DNA of 64,000 nucleotides from Sphaerodactylus townsendi (Eukaryota), in the NCBI RefSeq assembly GCF_021028975.2, contig NC_059427.1, forward strand, positions 91,574,001-91,638,000, read 5' to 3'. Shown here piece after piece: positions 13,787 to 26,166 of the stretch. The notes below the pieces were generated by a model, which worked only from the letters and a program-made list of their open reading frames with translations, made no database searches and was not told where the DNA came from. The first letter of the stretch is position 1. The number at the start of each line of letters is the position of its first letter. A program made the position numbers and the translations under genes.

Positions 13787-15790
13787 TGCATGTTCACTGT
13801 ACCCCAAGGTTAATGTTGGTCCATCACACATCATACACTTCAGGATGTCTCCTGAATGTGGGAGTGTATTATGTGTCATGATCAAAGCCTTACTTTGGGG
13901 TGTAGAGCTTTGAAATTAGACTCAGTATTTGTTATTGGATTCACGAATTAGGAATTAGGGTGTTTGAATAAGGAACTGGGAACCAACTTCAGCCTTGGGT
14001 CTGTCGAAGCAATTAGCAAAACTTTAACAGGATGACAGAATAAACCCTGATCACACTCTCTGACCAGAGCTGCCTCATTTATACAAACTCCTGTTGCATG
14101 GTGTACAAAGGGAGAGAATAAAGGCTGTGCTAAATCAGAGCTGCCATAGATTTTTGCTGGTTGAATCCCAGGCCTTAACAAGGTCTCTGCCATTATTGCA
14201 ACCTGTCATTTCTCATTTAGTTCTTCGCTGAAAAGCTTTAGGCATTGCCTCTTGTCTTTACTGATGTTTCAGGCCTAAAGAACAAGTGAGGTGTTATTGG
14301 TGTTGAAAGGAGCTGCTCAAGCATGCCTTTTAGTTAGTGAAAACATGAAATTATATCACTTACGGTTGACATTTCAGGGGTTTCAACTCCTTTGTTTTCT
14401 TCAAGCTATGGAAAATTTAGCATATATTTGTGTTTATTGATTTGCATGGTTGCATGTATATGGTTTTTGGTTTTAAGAATTCACTGTGGGCAAGATATTT
14501 TCTGTGAGGGCTGGGAGGCGTAATGATGGCACAGCAGGGCTTTAAAATAGAAGCACGTATTGATTCACAGCAATATATGCCACCTCCTTTGGATGGCGGC
14601 AGTGTGAGTATGCGTGTGTGTGAGAAGCAGCATGCCTTGTGCTTTTTGAATGAAAACAAATACATTTACCCACAAATGGCCTCACTAGCTACTGAATTTT
14701 GGTATTTCTCCAGAAGAGCACAGCAAGGGGCTCTTATAAAGCAGGAACACAGGGTGGAGTGTTTGGTAGCATTGCACAATAGTATGGTAAATTATGTGTA
14801 AGAACATTGTTGTACTTGCCGTGTGTATCACCTGATACCTGACTCCCAGTGGAATATTTTTCACTGATTTTTCGCTGACTTCTCCTGATGCCTGACTCCC
14901 AGTGGGAGATTTTTTCACTGGCTTCATATGATAGGTCTGTCCTGGAAGTGGCCTTCACCTATACAGCCTTGCATGAGATAATCATCCAGTGATTAATATC
15001 TATGCAGGACTTACAACACCTCTTCCCAAGCTTGTTTCCACATGGCCATTTTGCTTCACCTTGGCATCCTTCAACAGGGCTGTTTTCAGAAGCATCCACA
15101 TTCCATCACTTTCCATTCATCCTGCTTCTTTGTTTCCCCACAGTTTGGAATTCTGTTAAGGAAATCACAGGCAAAGCTTCTGTGGACAAAGTGTGAATGG
15201 GAAGGTATGCATATTTGCAAGTGTTGACCATATTACTGCTATTTGCCTTGCCTCAGTCAGTCCCTCCCCTGGTCACCATGCCACGCACGTCAGCAGGAAT
15301 CCCTAGTTCACTAGAACTTTCTATTGTTATAATAATCTGTTGCAATATATCTATATCTATACTGGTGATGTGTGCCTCCTGCCTGAGGTTACTTAAATCC
15401 ACAGATAGGGGGCACCCACCCTCAACAGTTTTTCTGCAAACTTAGGGGATCCCCTAAGTCAGCAAACAATCTGAAACTTTACAAAATTGGGGGGGGGGTG
15501 TTACATCTGCAATTTTTGAAAGAGTGTTCTCTGAGCATATGCAGACAATGCTCTTTCAAAGTGGTGGTGGCTGCCACTGCTGAGAGATGGGGTTGGCCAC
15601 TGGACCATGCCAGGCCATGGTGATGGAGATGCTGGGAGCAGCTCCTGGGCTTTGCCACTGCATGGTGGACACTTCGGGTCCAGCACTCTGCACTGGTGAT
15701 CATCTCTGCTGCAGAAAGTCAAGCCTAGATGGGGGATTCTCTCCCCTGTGAAGGGGAGATGGAATTGAGTTCCGAATCATTCATAAGGTG

Positions 15791-16348
15791 TGGGTACTTA
15801 CCTTTAAGGCCTTACGCGGTCTGGGACCTTCGTACCTTCGGGACCGTCTCACCCCATACGTCCCTTCGCGGCCTCTGCGTTCGGCAGAGGCCAACTTGCT
15901 GGTTGTCCCTAGCCCCTCGATGATGCGGTTGGCCTCTACCCGGGCCAGGGCCTTTACAGCCCTGGCCCCTGCCTGGTGGAACACTTTACCACCAGCTATT
16001 CGGGCCCTGCGGGACCTTGGAGAGTTCCGCAGGGCCTGTAAGACCGAATTGTTCCGCCGGGCGTTTGGGGGGGCCGACCGCTGATGTGTGCCCTCCCCCT
16101 CCTCCTTCTCCCCTCCTTCTTACCCTCTGGGCCTTTAATTCTTACGGGGCCCTCAGCCTTTTGGGTTTGCTTTCCAGGGTGGGTGAAGTTTTATGAAGTT
16201 GTCGGATGCCGCTGTAATTTTATCTAATCTGCTGTTTTAATCGGGGTTTTAATATTATTGCTGTTATTACTCTGTTGTTCACCGCCCAGAGCCCTTCGGG
16301 GGAGGGGCGGTATATAAAATTAATTATAAAATAAATAAATAAATAAAT
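15791..16348 (+). mobile_element. Young 5'-truncated L2 LINE 3' end
   Basis: VLTFKALRGLGPSYLRDRL...RAFTALAPAWWNTLP...KTELFRRAF; CpG-rich; (TAAA)n tail. Confidence 0.88.
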
Positions 16349-16779
16349 TCCTCCCACCTTTCAGGGGGAGATTTCCCTCCATGGGTGGGGGGAGATAGCA
16401 TTTCTCCCACAAGTTTTGCAGACCACCACTTGTAATGTATTATTTCCAGCAGATCTGACTTATTCTGAAGCTTTGTTGTATGGGTTTGTGGTGCAGGAAG
16501 AGGAGAGGGTGATTCTGCATTGGGACCTCCATTTGTGATATGTGTGATGATTCTCATAAACAGAATAATCCTGATTGACATTTTTGTGTTTGGCATTTTC
16601 ACTTCCCAATAATTACTGAGCAGTCTTATTGGTTGGGGGGGGAAGCTTTTTTGTCTATATAATTACAGTCTTATACTGTGTTTCATAGATCAACACAAAT
16701 AACTGTTATATTGAATTTCTAATATTACGCTAGGTCTGATTTAAAAGAATACAGACCCACATTTTAGAATGACATATGA

Positions 16780-17010
16780 TACCACTCTGAAGCAGGAGAT
16801 GGAAAAGTTCTATTTTCTCCGGTAAAACACCAGGAGCTGAATTGTTAATGCTGAAATTTAGAATAAAGCTAAAGAATAACACCAAATATTCACAGTGCCA
16901 AAATACAGTCTAAACAACATTGCTGAAGAGTTTAAAGACCTTGTAAAGAACAAATTTGCATTACTAAGTTCAAGTGAATGAAAACAAGAATAACTATGCA
17001 TTGATACCAC
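16780..17010 (+). mobile_element. RTE/BovB-like LINE fragment
   Basis: PKYSLNNIAEEFKDLVKNKFALL resembles the RTE post-endonuclease linker as recalled. Confidence 0.4.
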
Positions 17011-17189
17011 AGGCTGCCCCTTAACACAAATAAAGATGGAATGTTTATTTACAGAGTTACAAGAATATAAGTTACAGAGATAGTTAAGCTTTTCTTTTTC
17101 TTTGACAGGAATTCTTTGTACAGTAGCTCACTAACAGCTACTACACAGGTTAATTTTTCTAAGCCCTTCTTCCTTACTGATGCAGTTGC

Positions 17190-18354
17190 CAGGGACGTAG
17201 ATATAGATTTTTATGGGGGGGTTCGCCCCCACCCACCCCTGAGGTGGGCCCACGCCTCCCCAAGCCCCGCCCCGGCCTCAGTGCTTATAAAAGCAGCTCT
17301 CCGAGGCCAGAGACAGCAAATCTCCTGCCCTACCCTCCCCCATTTCCCCCACCAGCTGGGCTCCCAGCCAGCAGCCTCTTCTGCCCTCCCCTCTGGGCAG
17401 AGGTGTAGCTAGGGAAAATGGAGCCCAGTGCAAAATTTGAGTTTTGCGCCCCCACCCATGGGTGGCCGCTGTGATGCTGGAATCCACCCCCAAACAGCAT
17501 CACTTTCAATGGTGTTTAAACTAGAGAGCTAAGATTCTTCTTTTAAATCCACCTTAAAGGGAGAATCTGGGATCCCCAGTTAAAACAACATTGAAAGTGA
17601 TGCTGTTTTGGGATGGATTATCCACCAACCTGAAACAGCATCACTTTCAATGTTGTTTTAACTGGGGACCCCAGATTCTCCCTTTAAATCCATGCTGAAA
17701 GGGGTGGATTTAAAAGGAGAATCTGGGAAAACTTGGGGATTGCCTGCTGTCAGGGGTGCAATTGTAAAGCTAGCAGCACCAAAACTTCAGGGTATCTTTA
17801 GGAGACTCTCCTGATACCACCCAGGTCTAGTGAAGTTTGGTTCAGGGGGTCCAAAGTTAAGGCCCCTCAAATGGGTAGCCCCCATCTTCTATAGCTCCCA
17901 TTGGAAGCAATGGAGGATGGGGCACCCCCTTGGGAGTCCATAACTTTGGACCCCCTGGACCAAACTTCACAAAACCTGGGTGGTATCAGTAAGAGACTCT
18001 CCTGATGATACCACCCAGATTTGGTGAAGATTGGTTCAGGGGGGTCCAAAGTTATGGACCCTCAAAGGTGTAGCCCCCATCTTCTATTAGCTCCCATTGG
18101 AAACAATGGGGGATGGGGCACCTATGGACCCCTGAACCAAACCTCACCAAACCTGAGTAGTATCATCAGGAGAGTCTCCCAAAAAATCCCTGAAAGTTTG
18201 GTGCTGCTATCTTAAAAATTGTGCGCCCTGCAAGCCAAAAAACAAAAAAACACTTAAAATATTTAAAAACCCACTAACTGGGGTTGGTGGGTGGAGCTTC
18301 AGATATGTAATGGGGGGGTTGAGCCCAAGAACCCCCCCCCCGCCTACGTCCTTG
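17190..18354. mobile_element. Non-autonomous TIR transposon with a 6-bp TSD
   Basis: TIRs cagggacgtag / ctacgtccttg; agttgc on both sides (17184-17189, 18355-18360); interior homologous to 44279-45339. Confidence 0.8.
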
Positions 18355-19469
18355 AGTTGCACTTGGAAATGCCAAGAAACTGCTTCAGTAACAGGAGAAA
18401 GACCTAACAAAGATCACTGTTCATATTTTAAAGCTCTGTCTCCCCAAATTCAAATGTTTAGATTTGTTTTTATCTTGATGTGGAATGACAATCTGAGCAA
18501 AGCAATTTACTGTAAATTTACTGTAAATAGAGAATTAGAATTTGTTTTTAATGTTTGTGATGTACTAAACTTTTCAATCCCACCTTTTCCTTGGTTCAAG
18601 GCTGGTTACAATCCACAATTTATCTTCTGTGAATAAATGAATCATGAAACAAAACTTTTCCCCATTAGAAAAATCAATAGTAAACTTCGTGAAACACTAT
18701 ATCCCAAGTTCTTTTCCTTTGTTAAATCCTCTGCCGTCAGAAAACTACACTGGGATAGAACGTGGTGTTCTTCATTCATCTGGCTTGGGAAGCTGAAGCT
18801 ATTTATGTGTCTTTTAGCGTTTTGGTCCTTCTGATTTGGTTTCCCATTGTAGAAGAAAAAAAGATACAATTTTTCCTTCCCCACAAAAGGACTCCTCTCC
18901 CATCCTTCAGTTCTTCAAGTTGGTGAGGAAAATAGCACCTCAGTGGTTTCAAGAGAGGATGTACTGCTGTGGATTCCCACAATTTATAAAGAGACAGGAA
19001 GATCTTGATGACTCATAAACACTAACAGATCCTATGTATGTCTCTCTCTTTGTTGTTTATTATCCTTAATTCCATGGTTTTCCTTCTTTTGAGCATGTTT
19101 GTGTATTTTAGACCATGTCTACATTTTGTCAGGACAGCGTTGTGTGTGGTTCCCACACATGAGAAATGTTGTTGACTGCCTTAAGGCTATTCCCTGTTCT
19201 CTTAAAAATAAAAAGAGGCTCTCAGTGGAAGCCAAGGAGATTTCTGCCTGTGCCACATCCTGACACACAGAATGTGGGATACATTTCCATCACATGCATG
19301 ACAGCATCTAAATTATCCCACCCCTAGTCCTATGACTAGTGCAAATGGACATGGCTTTGCTGAATCCAGCAGTATAAAGCTAACCAATTTAATTCAACAA
19401 ACTAATGTAGTGGGCATTCTCACTATGTGTATGAAACTAAGGTTCATTCTGCACATGCAGAATAATGCA

Positions 19470-19818
19470 TTGGAGAAGAGACACTTGTGAGGTGATGTGA
19501 TTGCCACCTTCCAATACCTACAGGGATGCCATTTGTAGAATGGGATGGATATGTTCTCAGTTGTATGGGATGACAGGACTTGGACTAATGCATATAAGAT
19601 ACAACAATTGAGGTTTCATCTGAATTTGAGGAAGAACTTCCTGACAGATGTGTTTGACCCTGGAACAGTCTTCCTTGTGATGTGGTGGATTCTTCATTGT
19701 TGGAAGTTTTCTATTAGTGATTGGATATATACTTGTTGGGGATATTATAGCTGTAGTACCTGCATTGGCAGGGAGTTGGATTAAATGACCTTGGCGGTCC
19801 CTTGCCACTCTGAGATTA
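19470..19818 (+). mobile_element. Old CR1 3' fragment
   Basis: RFHLNLRKNFLT peptide and a gggagttgga...ggtccctt...actctgagatt end. Confidence 0.75.
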
Positions 19819-20370
19819 AACAAATGAACAACATATTTAAACCCACAACTTTACTACTATGGGGTGACGAGTTATTTGTGTTTCAAAGACATAGACCTGT
19901 TGCCATCATCTGTAGTTTATCCCTAATATGTAGCAATACACAGTTCTTTGTATTAAACCTATGAGCTGACCAGAAATTTAGTACTACTGGGGCATTACAT
20001 CATGTGGTCTGAAGTACAGATTCCCCTTCCCTCCCTAAATAGTGCCCCTGAGAATAAATTAAAACTATTACTCAGTTTTTCCAAGGACTCCAAGCATCTT
20101 TTCCCCAGACAGTGTTTCTGCTGAGTGGAAAGTGTATTTCCTTGTCAAATAAAGCAATATTCTGTAGTGTACTACATAAAATAGTTCCCCATCTACTCAT
20201 CCAGCTAGCATGCCTAATGTTATAGAGAAGGTTACAGAGAATGTCACTGTAACAAAGATATATCATAATTTATTGGTTTTTAAGTAACATAACTTTATCC
20301 TTCCAGGCATGCACTATTTGTGTCTTTTAATGAATTTTAACTGTCTCACATATTGACAGATGACCCAAAA

Positions 20371-20423
20371 GGTGTCTGAAGAAGGGAGATTTGAATAACT
20401 TCTCAAAAGCTTATACCCTGAAA
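20371..20423 (+). mobile_element. Fragment of a second Penelope-like family with a degenerate hammerhead; runs into the gap
   Basis: ggtgt-CTGAAGA-agggag...ctc-(G>A)AAA-gctt-atacc, with stem I ggtgt/atacc. Older relatives lie at ~3249-3365 (+) and ~42225-42332 (-). Confidence 0.6.
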
Positions 20424-20588
20424 NNNNNNNNNNNNNNNNNNNNNNNNNNNNNNNNNNNNNNNNNNNNNNNNNNNNNNNNNNNNNNNNNNNNNNNNNNNNN
20501 NNNNNNNNNNNNNNNNNNNNNNNNNNNNNNNNNNNNNNNNNNNNNNNNNNNNNNNNNNNNNNNNNNNNNNNNNNNNNNNNNNNNNNNN
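20424..20588. other. Assembly gap
   Basis: Run of N. Confidence 1.
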
Positions 20589-21486
20589 ACTCCCTCACCT
20601 TCCTAACTTTTTCAGACAGGAAAATCACTCACTGACCAGTTTTGTCAGATTTTCCTGATCCCTTTCCCTTCAGGGACTGATGTGCTTAAGAAATGGAAGT
20701 GTAAGGTATAAGAAAAGCACTTTCCCAGAAAAGCCCTGTAGCTATCCCAGAAAGTAAAAGATGCCTGTTATTTTAAACTCACTAGCAAACCACTGGATAA
20801 GGCACACAAAATAATAATACTGAGTCAGATTTTAAACTTAAACACAATAAGAGATTTATTAATGGAGAACATATGGGAAAGAGAGATTATTAACTTGGAG
20901 ATATGGAATGAATGATGCAAATAGGCAGAAGAAATATACACTTGGCAAAGAGATTTAGTATTCAGTTTTTCAAGCACAGACTTAATAAGACTTTCAGTTT
21001 CAGTTCAGCTTAGATGCTATTCAGTTTCTTTGATGGTACAGTTCCTTAAATTTAAGATGTTCTGGCTAATGGCAATCACAGTCAGATTCCTAGCAGGCGT
21101 GGTACTCAGAGTACCCTCACTCAGCCTTCCCAGTTAGAAAACCCAAATTAAAACATAAAACACTCTACTGAGGAAACACAAAGCATAACCCAGTACTCCG
21201 GACTAACTGATATCTAGGAATTCTTCCCTCACTTGAAGATATTCCTCACTGATTTATATGTATGGCCTTTCAGTTTGGCCCCTCAATAAACCCCTCCACG
21301 AATTTTCTCAGTCTGTGCGTATTAATGCTTTCATCCAGCCTACAGGCTGATATGAGAAGAACCAGTCACATACTTTGACTGAACTATTCATCTCAGAGAT
21401 GTTATGCTTCAAAATTCAGCTAAGGCACCATATTTTGGGTGCTGTGTGGTTTCCGGGCTGTATGGCCGTGTTCTAGCAGCATTCTC

Positions 21487-21529
21487 TCCTGACGTTTCGC
21501 CTGCATCTGTGGCTGGCATCTTCAGAGGA
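21487..21529 (-). ncRNA. Minimal type I hammerhead ribozyme motif (mirror copy)
   Basis: Exact reverse complement of 21579-21621. Confidence 0.75.
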
Positions 21530-21578
21530 TCTTGTGTGCCTTATCCAGTGGTTTGCTAGTGAGTTTAAAACAACAGGA

Positions 21579-21621
21579 TCCTCTGAAGATGCCAGCCACA
21601 GATGCAGGCGAAACGTCAGGA
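21579..21621 (+). ncRNA. Minimal type I hammerhead ribozyme motif
   Basis: tcct-CTGAAGA-tGCC-loop-GGC-GAAA-cgTC^agga: intact core, stem I tcct/agga, stem II gcc/ggc, and the truncated stem III typical of Penelope hammerheads. Predicted cleavage is after 21617. Confidence 0.75.
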
Positions 21622-21974
21622 GAGAATGCTGCTAGAACACGGCCATACAGCCCGGAAACCACACAGCACCCAAGTGATTCCGGCCGTGAAAGCCTTCGAC
21701 AATACATTAATACCATAGTTCTTAACAACAGGAATTCTAAAGTCTAAACATCTCTCAAATTGTTCTGTCAGGGAGTTAACCTCCTCCCCCTCTGCAACAT
21801 CTACCATTAGGCCAAACAGAGTGTAGGATGCCATAACCAATCAGATGGCTTCCCTGTTCCTAGGTCTTTATGCCTCATTCTGAACATAAACAATTATTTG
21901 TTTCAGAAAGACCTGTATTTTAAAATCAACTTTTCTTCTGCAGTTTGTCACATCTATTTAAAATAAATAGTTAT

Positions 21975-22384
21975 TATTTCTGCACGGCGGCAGCAGCGCT
22001 TCTCCAACAGCATAATTTATGCCGTTGGAGGTGTGGGGACTCCTACCCCACTCACCTGCCTCTCCAGCGTCGCTCTGGAGGGCTGCAGGGACCCGCCCTT
22101 GCTGCCCTCTGACCCCTGGAGGTCGGAGGACAGTGTGGGCAGGTCCCTGCTGTTCTCCAGAGTGACGCTGGAGAGGCAAGTGAGTGGAAGCGATGGGGAA
22201 AGGGGTGGCTTCCCTGCGGTGCGGTCGCACCACCGGGATGATGCAGTTTTTTGAATGAGCGAGTTTTTCAGGGATGGCTTCAGGCCGCCTGAGGAAAGGC
22301 AGGACGACGCTGCTGTGATGCAGCAACGCCGGCCATGCGAACGCTCTCCCAGGGATGCTTCATTTGGCCCGTGTGGAAAGGGCC
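21975..22384. mobile_element. Palindromic PIF/Harbinger-like MITE
   Basis: Right end gtgtggaaagggcc; internal ~50-bp inverted arms at 22048-22098 and 22137-22187; CpG-rich. Confidence 0.55.
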
Positions 22385-23799
22385 ACAGAGACACACAATA
22401 TTATTATAATAAAATATTTATTATTATATATTATATTATTCATATTGTTATAATATTATCACAATATGATACTGGACCACTGTTTGTCATCTGGTATGGG
22501 TAGGAAAAGAGGCTTTCCTTTTGACTCAAGAGTTTGACAACCTCCCTTCTACCAAGTAAAATAAGCTGGAAGATTTATTTACTTTTGGAGTTAATACCAG
22601 TAATAGGTTTTAGTTCCTTCAAGATATGTCTGTTGATTATATCGACACAGAGGGGAGAAAGGTTCAGGAAAATACACTACTTAGCCTTAGTTCTATGTTT
22701 GTTCCTAAAATACCCACAGCTGTAGACAAACCTCAGGTACTTGCTGAGGGGAAAGATAACCTTGATCAGTATGACATCTTAAGTTTATTAACATCCCAGA
22801 CATTTTTGATTTCTGAAACTCTCCAGAAGATAAGATTAATTCCTTGGCAGCACAATGCTTGTCTTTTGATTTTGGGCCTAAAAGGAACAATTCTGCTGGC
22901 TTTGTGAATAAATTATCATCTTACCGAAGCACACTATACAAAGGCCTGATCATTCCATTATTATTCTTGATAGATTCAGGGTTTCCTTATCTGTATGTCC
23001 CTATCAAGGACAGATCATAAACTGGCTTGAGAAAGGATGTATTAAAGAGTACCTAGTATTTCTGTTGCAATGTTATCCTAGGGATATTGATTTGAAATAT
23101 TTTGATAGACTTTCAGGCTTACTGTAAGAAGATTGCTTGTCCCTTACTTTTTACTTTCCTCAGATCCCTGTGCAGATTACAGGCAATAAACACTGGTTTA
23201 ACTCATCTGGCATTTTTATTTTTAAAAAATGCTTTCATGCATCAGCAGTAGTATCCTTGTTTCCAACCAAAGCCCCAACAAAGTCCATAGTAAATAATTC
23301 AACTAAATTTGCCCCTCAAAATAAAGTCATATTACCAGTCAAGTAGCTATAATGGGGACATCCGAGGACAAACTCCCCGGGCGCCCCCAGTAAGTCACAT
23401 GCCCCCCCTGGAAAATAATCCCTCACACTTCTGACCCACCCATCACATCCCACATGGCAGGCCTTGGCTGGTCAGGCTGAGCAAGAGGGGGCGGGCTGCC
23501 TGAGCCATTGGCTGACCTGGAGTCTGGAGCCTGGGCTGTACGGAGCAGCCAGCCAGTCAGCACCCTGGCTGAAGCCAGGGCTACGCATCAGCTGGAGCCT
23601 GGGCTGCACCAGCTCAAGTAAATGGGTGTAGGAGGGTGGGTGGCTGAAGCTACCACGGGGGGGCAGGAGTGGGGAGGGGGCAGGTGGGTGTATAGCTGTC
23701 ACAGGGTGCGGGGGCCCCTGGGGGCACTATTTTGCCCAGTTATGCCTTTGCATGCGTTACATATGGGCAGTTTTTCAGAAACTGTTGATACAATTAGTG

Positions 23800-25530
23800 A
23801 GCTGGAGGCCCCTTGATAATCATCAGGTTCTATATTGGACAAGCTCAGGCATCTCTCCCAGTCCAATGACAACAGGATCCTGGAGGCTATGAAATCTACC
23901 ACTTGCTTCTTGGACCTGTGCCCATCTTGGCTGGTGAAAGCCAGGGTGGATGTGGTGTAGGGCCCCCTGGAGAATATTATCAATCTATCACTGAGTTCAG
24001 GGACATTTCCTGGAGGGTTGAAGGAAGCAGTAGTAAGGCATCTCTTGACAAAAAACTATTATTGAATTGGGCAGATCCTTCCACTACTGCACAGTGTCCC
24101 ACCTTCCATACATGCATAAGGTAGTTGAGAGAATGGCTGTGGAGCAGCTCCAGGCTTTCTTGGAAGATGCATTGATCCTGGGCCCGTTTCACCCTGGCTT
24201 CTGCCAAGGTCATGGAATAGAGATGGTTTTGGTTGCCCTCAAGGATGATTTCCAGAAACAGCTGGACTGAGGTGGGTTGGCACAGCCATTATTGCTCTTC
24301 ATGATCTCCTTTCTCATCACCTCATTGATGCTGGGATACATGAGTCAGCCTTTCAGTGACTGTGCTCATTTCTCCAGGGATGAGGACAGTGTCATGCCCC
24401 CACAGAAGGCTTTATTATTTTCATTGTTACCGGGTAAGTATCAGTTTCCCATAGATAGCATGGGTTTAGTCCTCTGTATAGTCTCCAAAGGGAGGGAATT
24501 TTAGTTAGCCCCTGTTCCTTTAAGAAGTTTCCCAAGAGGCAGTCTTTCTGTTATCTCCCAGCAATGGCCCATTTAACTCAGTTCAGTTCAGTACAGGTGC
24601 CCAAGGAGTTAGGAGGCAGTAGTATTTTGCCATGTCAAAGGTGTTCAGAGAGCACAAGTCAAAGGTGTACTGAGAGCACAAAGTTGAGGTTTACAGAGAA
24701 TAGTAGCCAGATAAAGACTCAAGGAACTTAAAGAAGTGGACTTTCCTGTAAGCAGTCAAAGAAAGAACAAAAAGTCTACAGCTTCTACTGTCCAGTCAAG
24801 CAAGTACTTTATTTAAGACAGACCCTGGGAGAAGTTAGGATCTTCATTCTTCTAAATATTGAACCTTTTATTTGAACAGTTAAACCTTGCTTGTGACTCT
24901 CCCACTCTGTTCTGGCCGGGCACAGGGCACCAGAAACAGTTTTGCTTGGGGAACAGAATAGACACAGGGTAGCAATTGAGGAGAGATCCTCAGTGTGCCA
25001 TTAATTTAGTGTGTGGGGTACCACAAAGATCAATCCTCTCTTTAATATTATGTAGCATCTATAAGTGTCTTCTTGACAAATCGGTCTGGAGTTTCAGGCT
25101 AGGTTGTCACCAGTATGCTGATGACACTTGGCTATATCTGTTGATGGGAGGCTGGCCAGATACCACCCTGGATATTTGGACCAGTTGCTTGGAAGCTATG
25201 GCAAAATAGTTGAAGCAGAATTGGCTGAAGTTAAACCCATCAAAGATGGAGGTCCTGAAGGTGGGATCAGATGGGAGGGAGATGGGATCAGCCAACTTCC
25301 AACTTTTGATGATGCACAGTTAACACCTATGACTGCTGTCAGGGATTTAGGAATGATCCTGGGGGCCTCCTGATATGACTGGTATTGAATGCATTTCAAG
25401 AAAAATGTTTAATTGCTATCCTGTGGAATAATGGTGCTGGAATATAATTGTGGAATTATTGATTTTATTATTGTCTGAACAATGTTATATGCTGCCCAGA
25501 GCCTGTTTGGAGAAAGATGGCCTATACATT
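23800..25530 (+). mobile_element. Decayed L2 RT region, interrupted by an LTR-like insert
   Basis: LDLCPSWLVK, KVVERMAVEQL, CGVPQRSILS, HQYADDTWLY and LKLNPSK remnants. Confidence 0.8.
24390..24960 (+). mobile_element. Possible solo LTR inside L2
   Basis: Starts tgtcatg and interrupts the L2 homology; flanks gacag / gacac. The 3' end reads gaata rather than CA. Confidence 0.4.
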
Positions 25531-25547
25531 GAATAAACATAAACATA

Positions 25548-26166
25548 CAAACTATACTCGTGTATAAGCCGACCCATGTATAAGCCAAGGCATCTAATTT
25601 TACCACCAAAACCTGGGAAAACTTATTCACTCATGTATAAGCCAAGGGTGGGAAATGCAGCAGCTACTGGTAAATTTCAAAAATAAAAATAGATACTAAT
25701 ACAATAAAATAGATACAGTGGTACCTTGGTTGAGGTTTGAGGAAGCCCAGCCAGCAGAGAGGCAGAGGGAGCTCCTTATTTGGGCAGTGACATCAGGGGG
25801 AGTCACTGCCCAAATAAGGAGCTCCCTCTGCCTCCTGGCTGAGGTTTGAGGAAGCCCAGCCAGGCCTGAAGAGCCTGCTAGCTGCGGGGGTTTCCCCCTT
25901 CACCCTCGGAGAAGGGCAGCAACAAGAGGAGGGCAGCAACAAGTGGCTTCTGCAGCCATACGGAGGTCGTCCCGGGCCATGCCCCCAGCCTCGGCAGAGG
26001 CCTGAAGAGCCCACCGGCTGCGGGGGTTTCCCCTTCGCCCTCCGGGGAGGGCAGCAACAAGCAGCTTGTGATTGCTGGTAAGTGGTGACTCGCGTATAAA
26101 CCGAAGGGGCATTTTTCAGCCTTAAAACAGGGCTGAAAAACTCATCTTATACACGAGTATATACGG
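25548..26166. mobile_element. Tc1/mariner-superfamily (Tc2/pogo-like) MITE
   Basis: TIRs tatactcgtgtataag / cttatacacgagtatatacgg; TA on both flanks; subterminal tataagcc repeats; internal hairpin at ~25758-25833. Confidence 0.75.

Larger units (their letters stand above)
21435..21705. mobile_element. Penelope-like element terminal repeat in an inverted (palindromic) arrangement
   Basis: Perfect 97-bp inverted arms at 21435-21531 and 21577-21673, then the tail gtgattccggccgtgaaagccttcgacaata; a hammerhead motif in each arm; related copies at 41962 and 62762. Confidence 0.85.
20700..21952 (-). mobile_element. Probable solo LTR interrupted by a Penelope insertion
   Basis: TG...CA ends, the same caaaataataat...aactta...tttatt layout as the 11384 LTR, and a CCAAT near 21837. 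No matching TSD was found. Confidence 0.45.

Noticed and set aside
20314-20628. ORFs spanning N runs (also 43516-43838)
   Set aside because: Artefacts of assembly gaps.
23336-23750. Another hAT-like element
   Set aside because: Ends resemble the 5219 family, but TIRs are too degenerate and flanks (catattac vs catgcgtt) do not form a TSD, so boundaries are unsupported.
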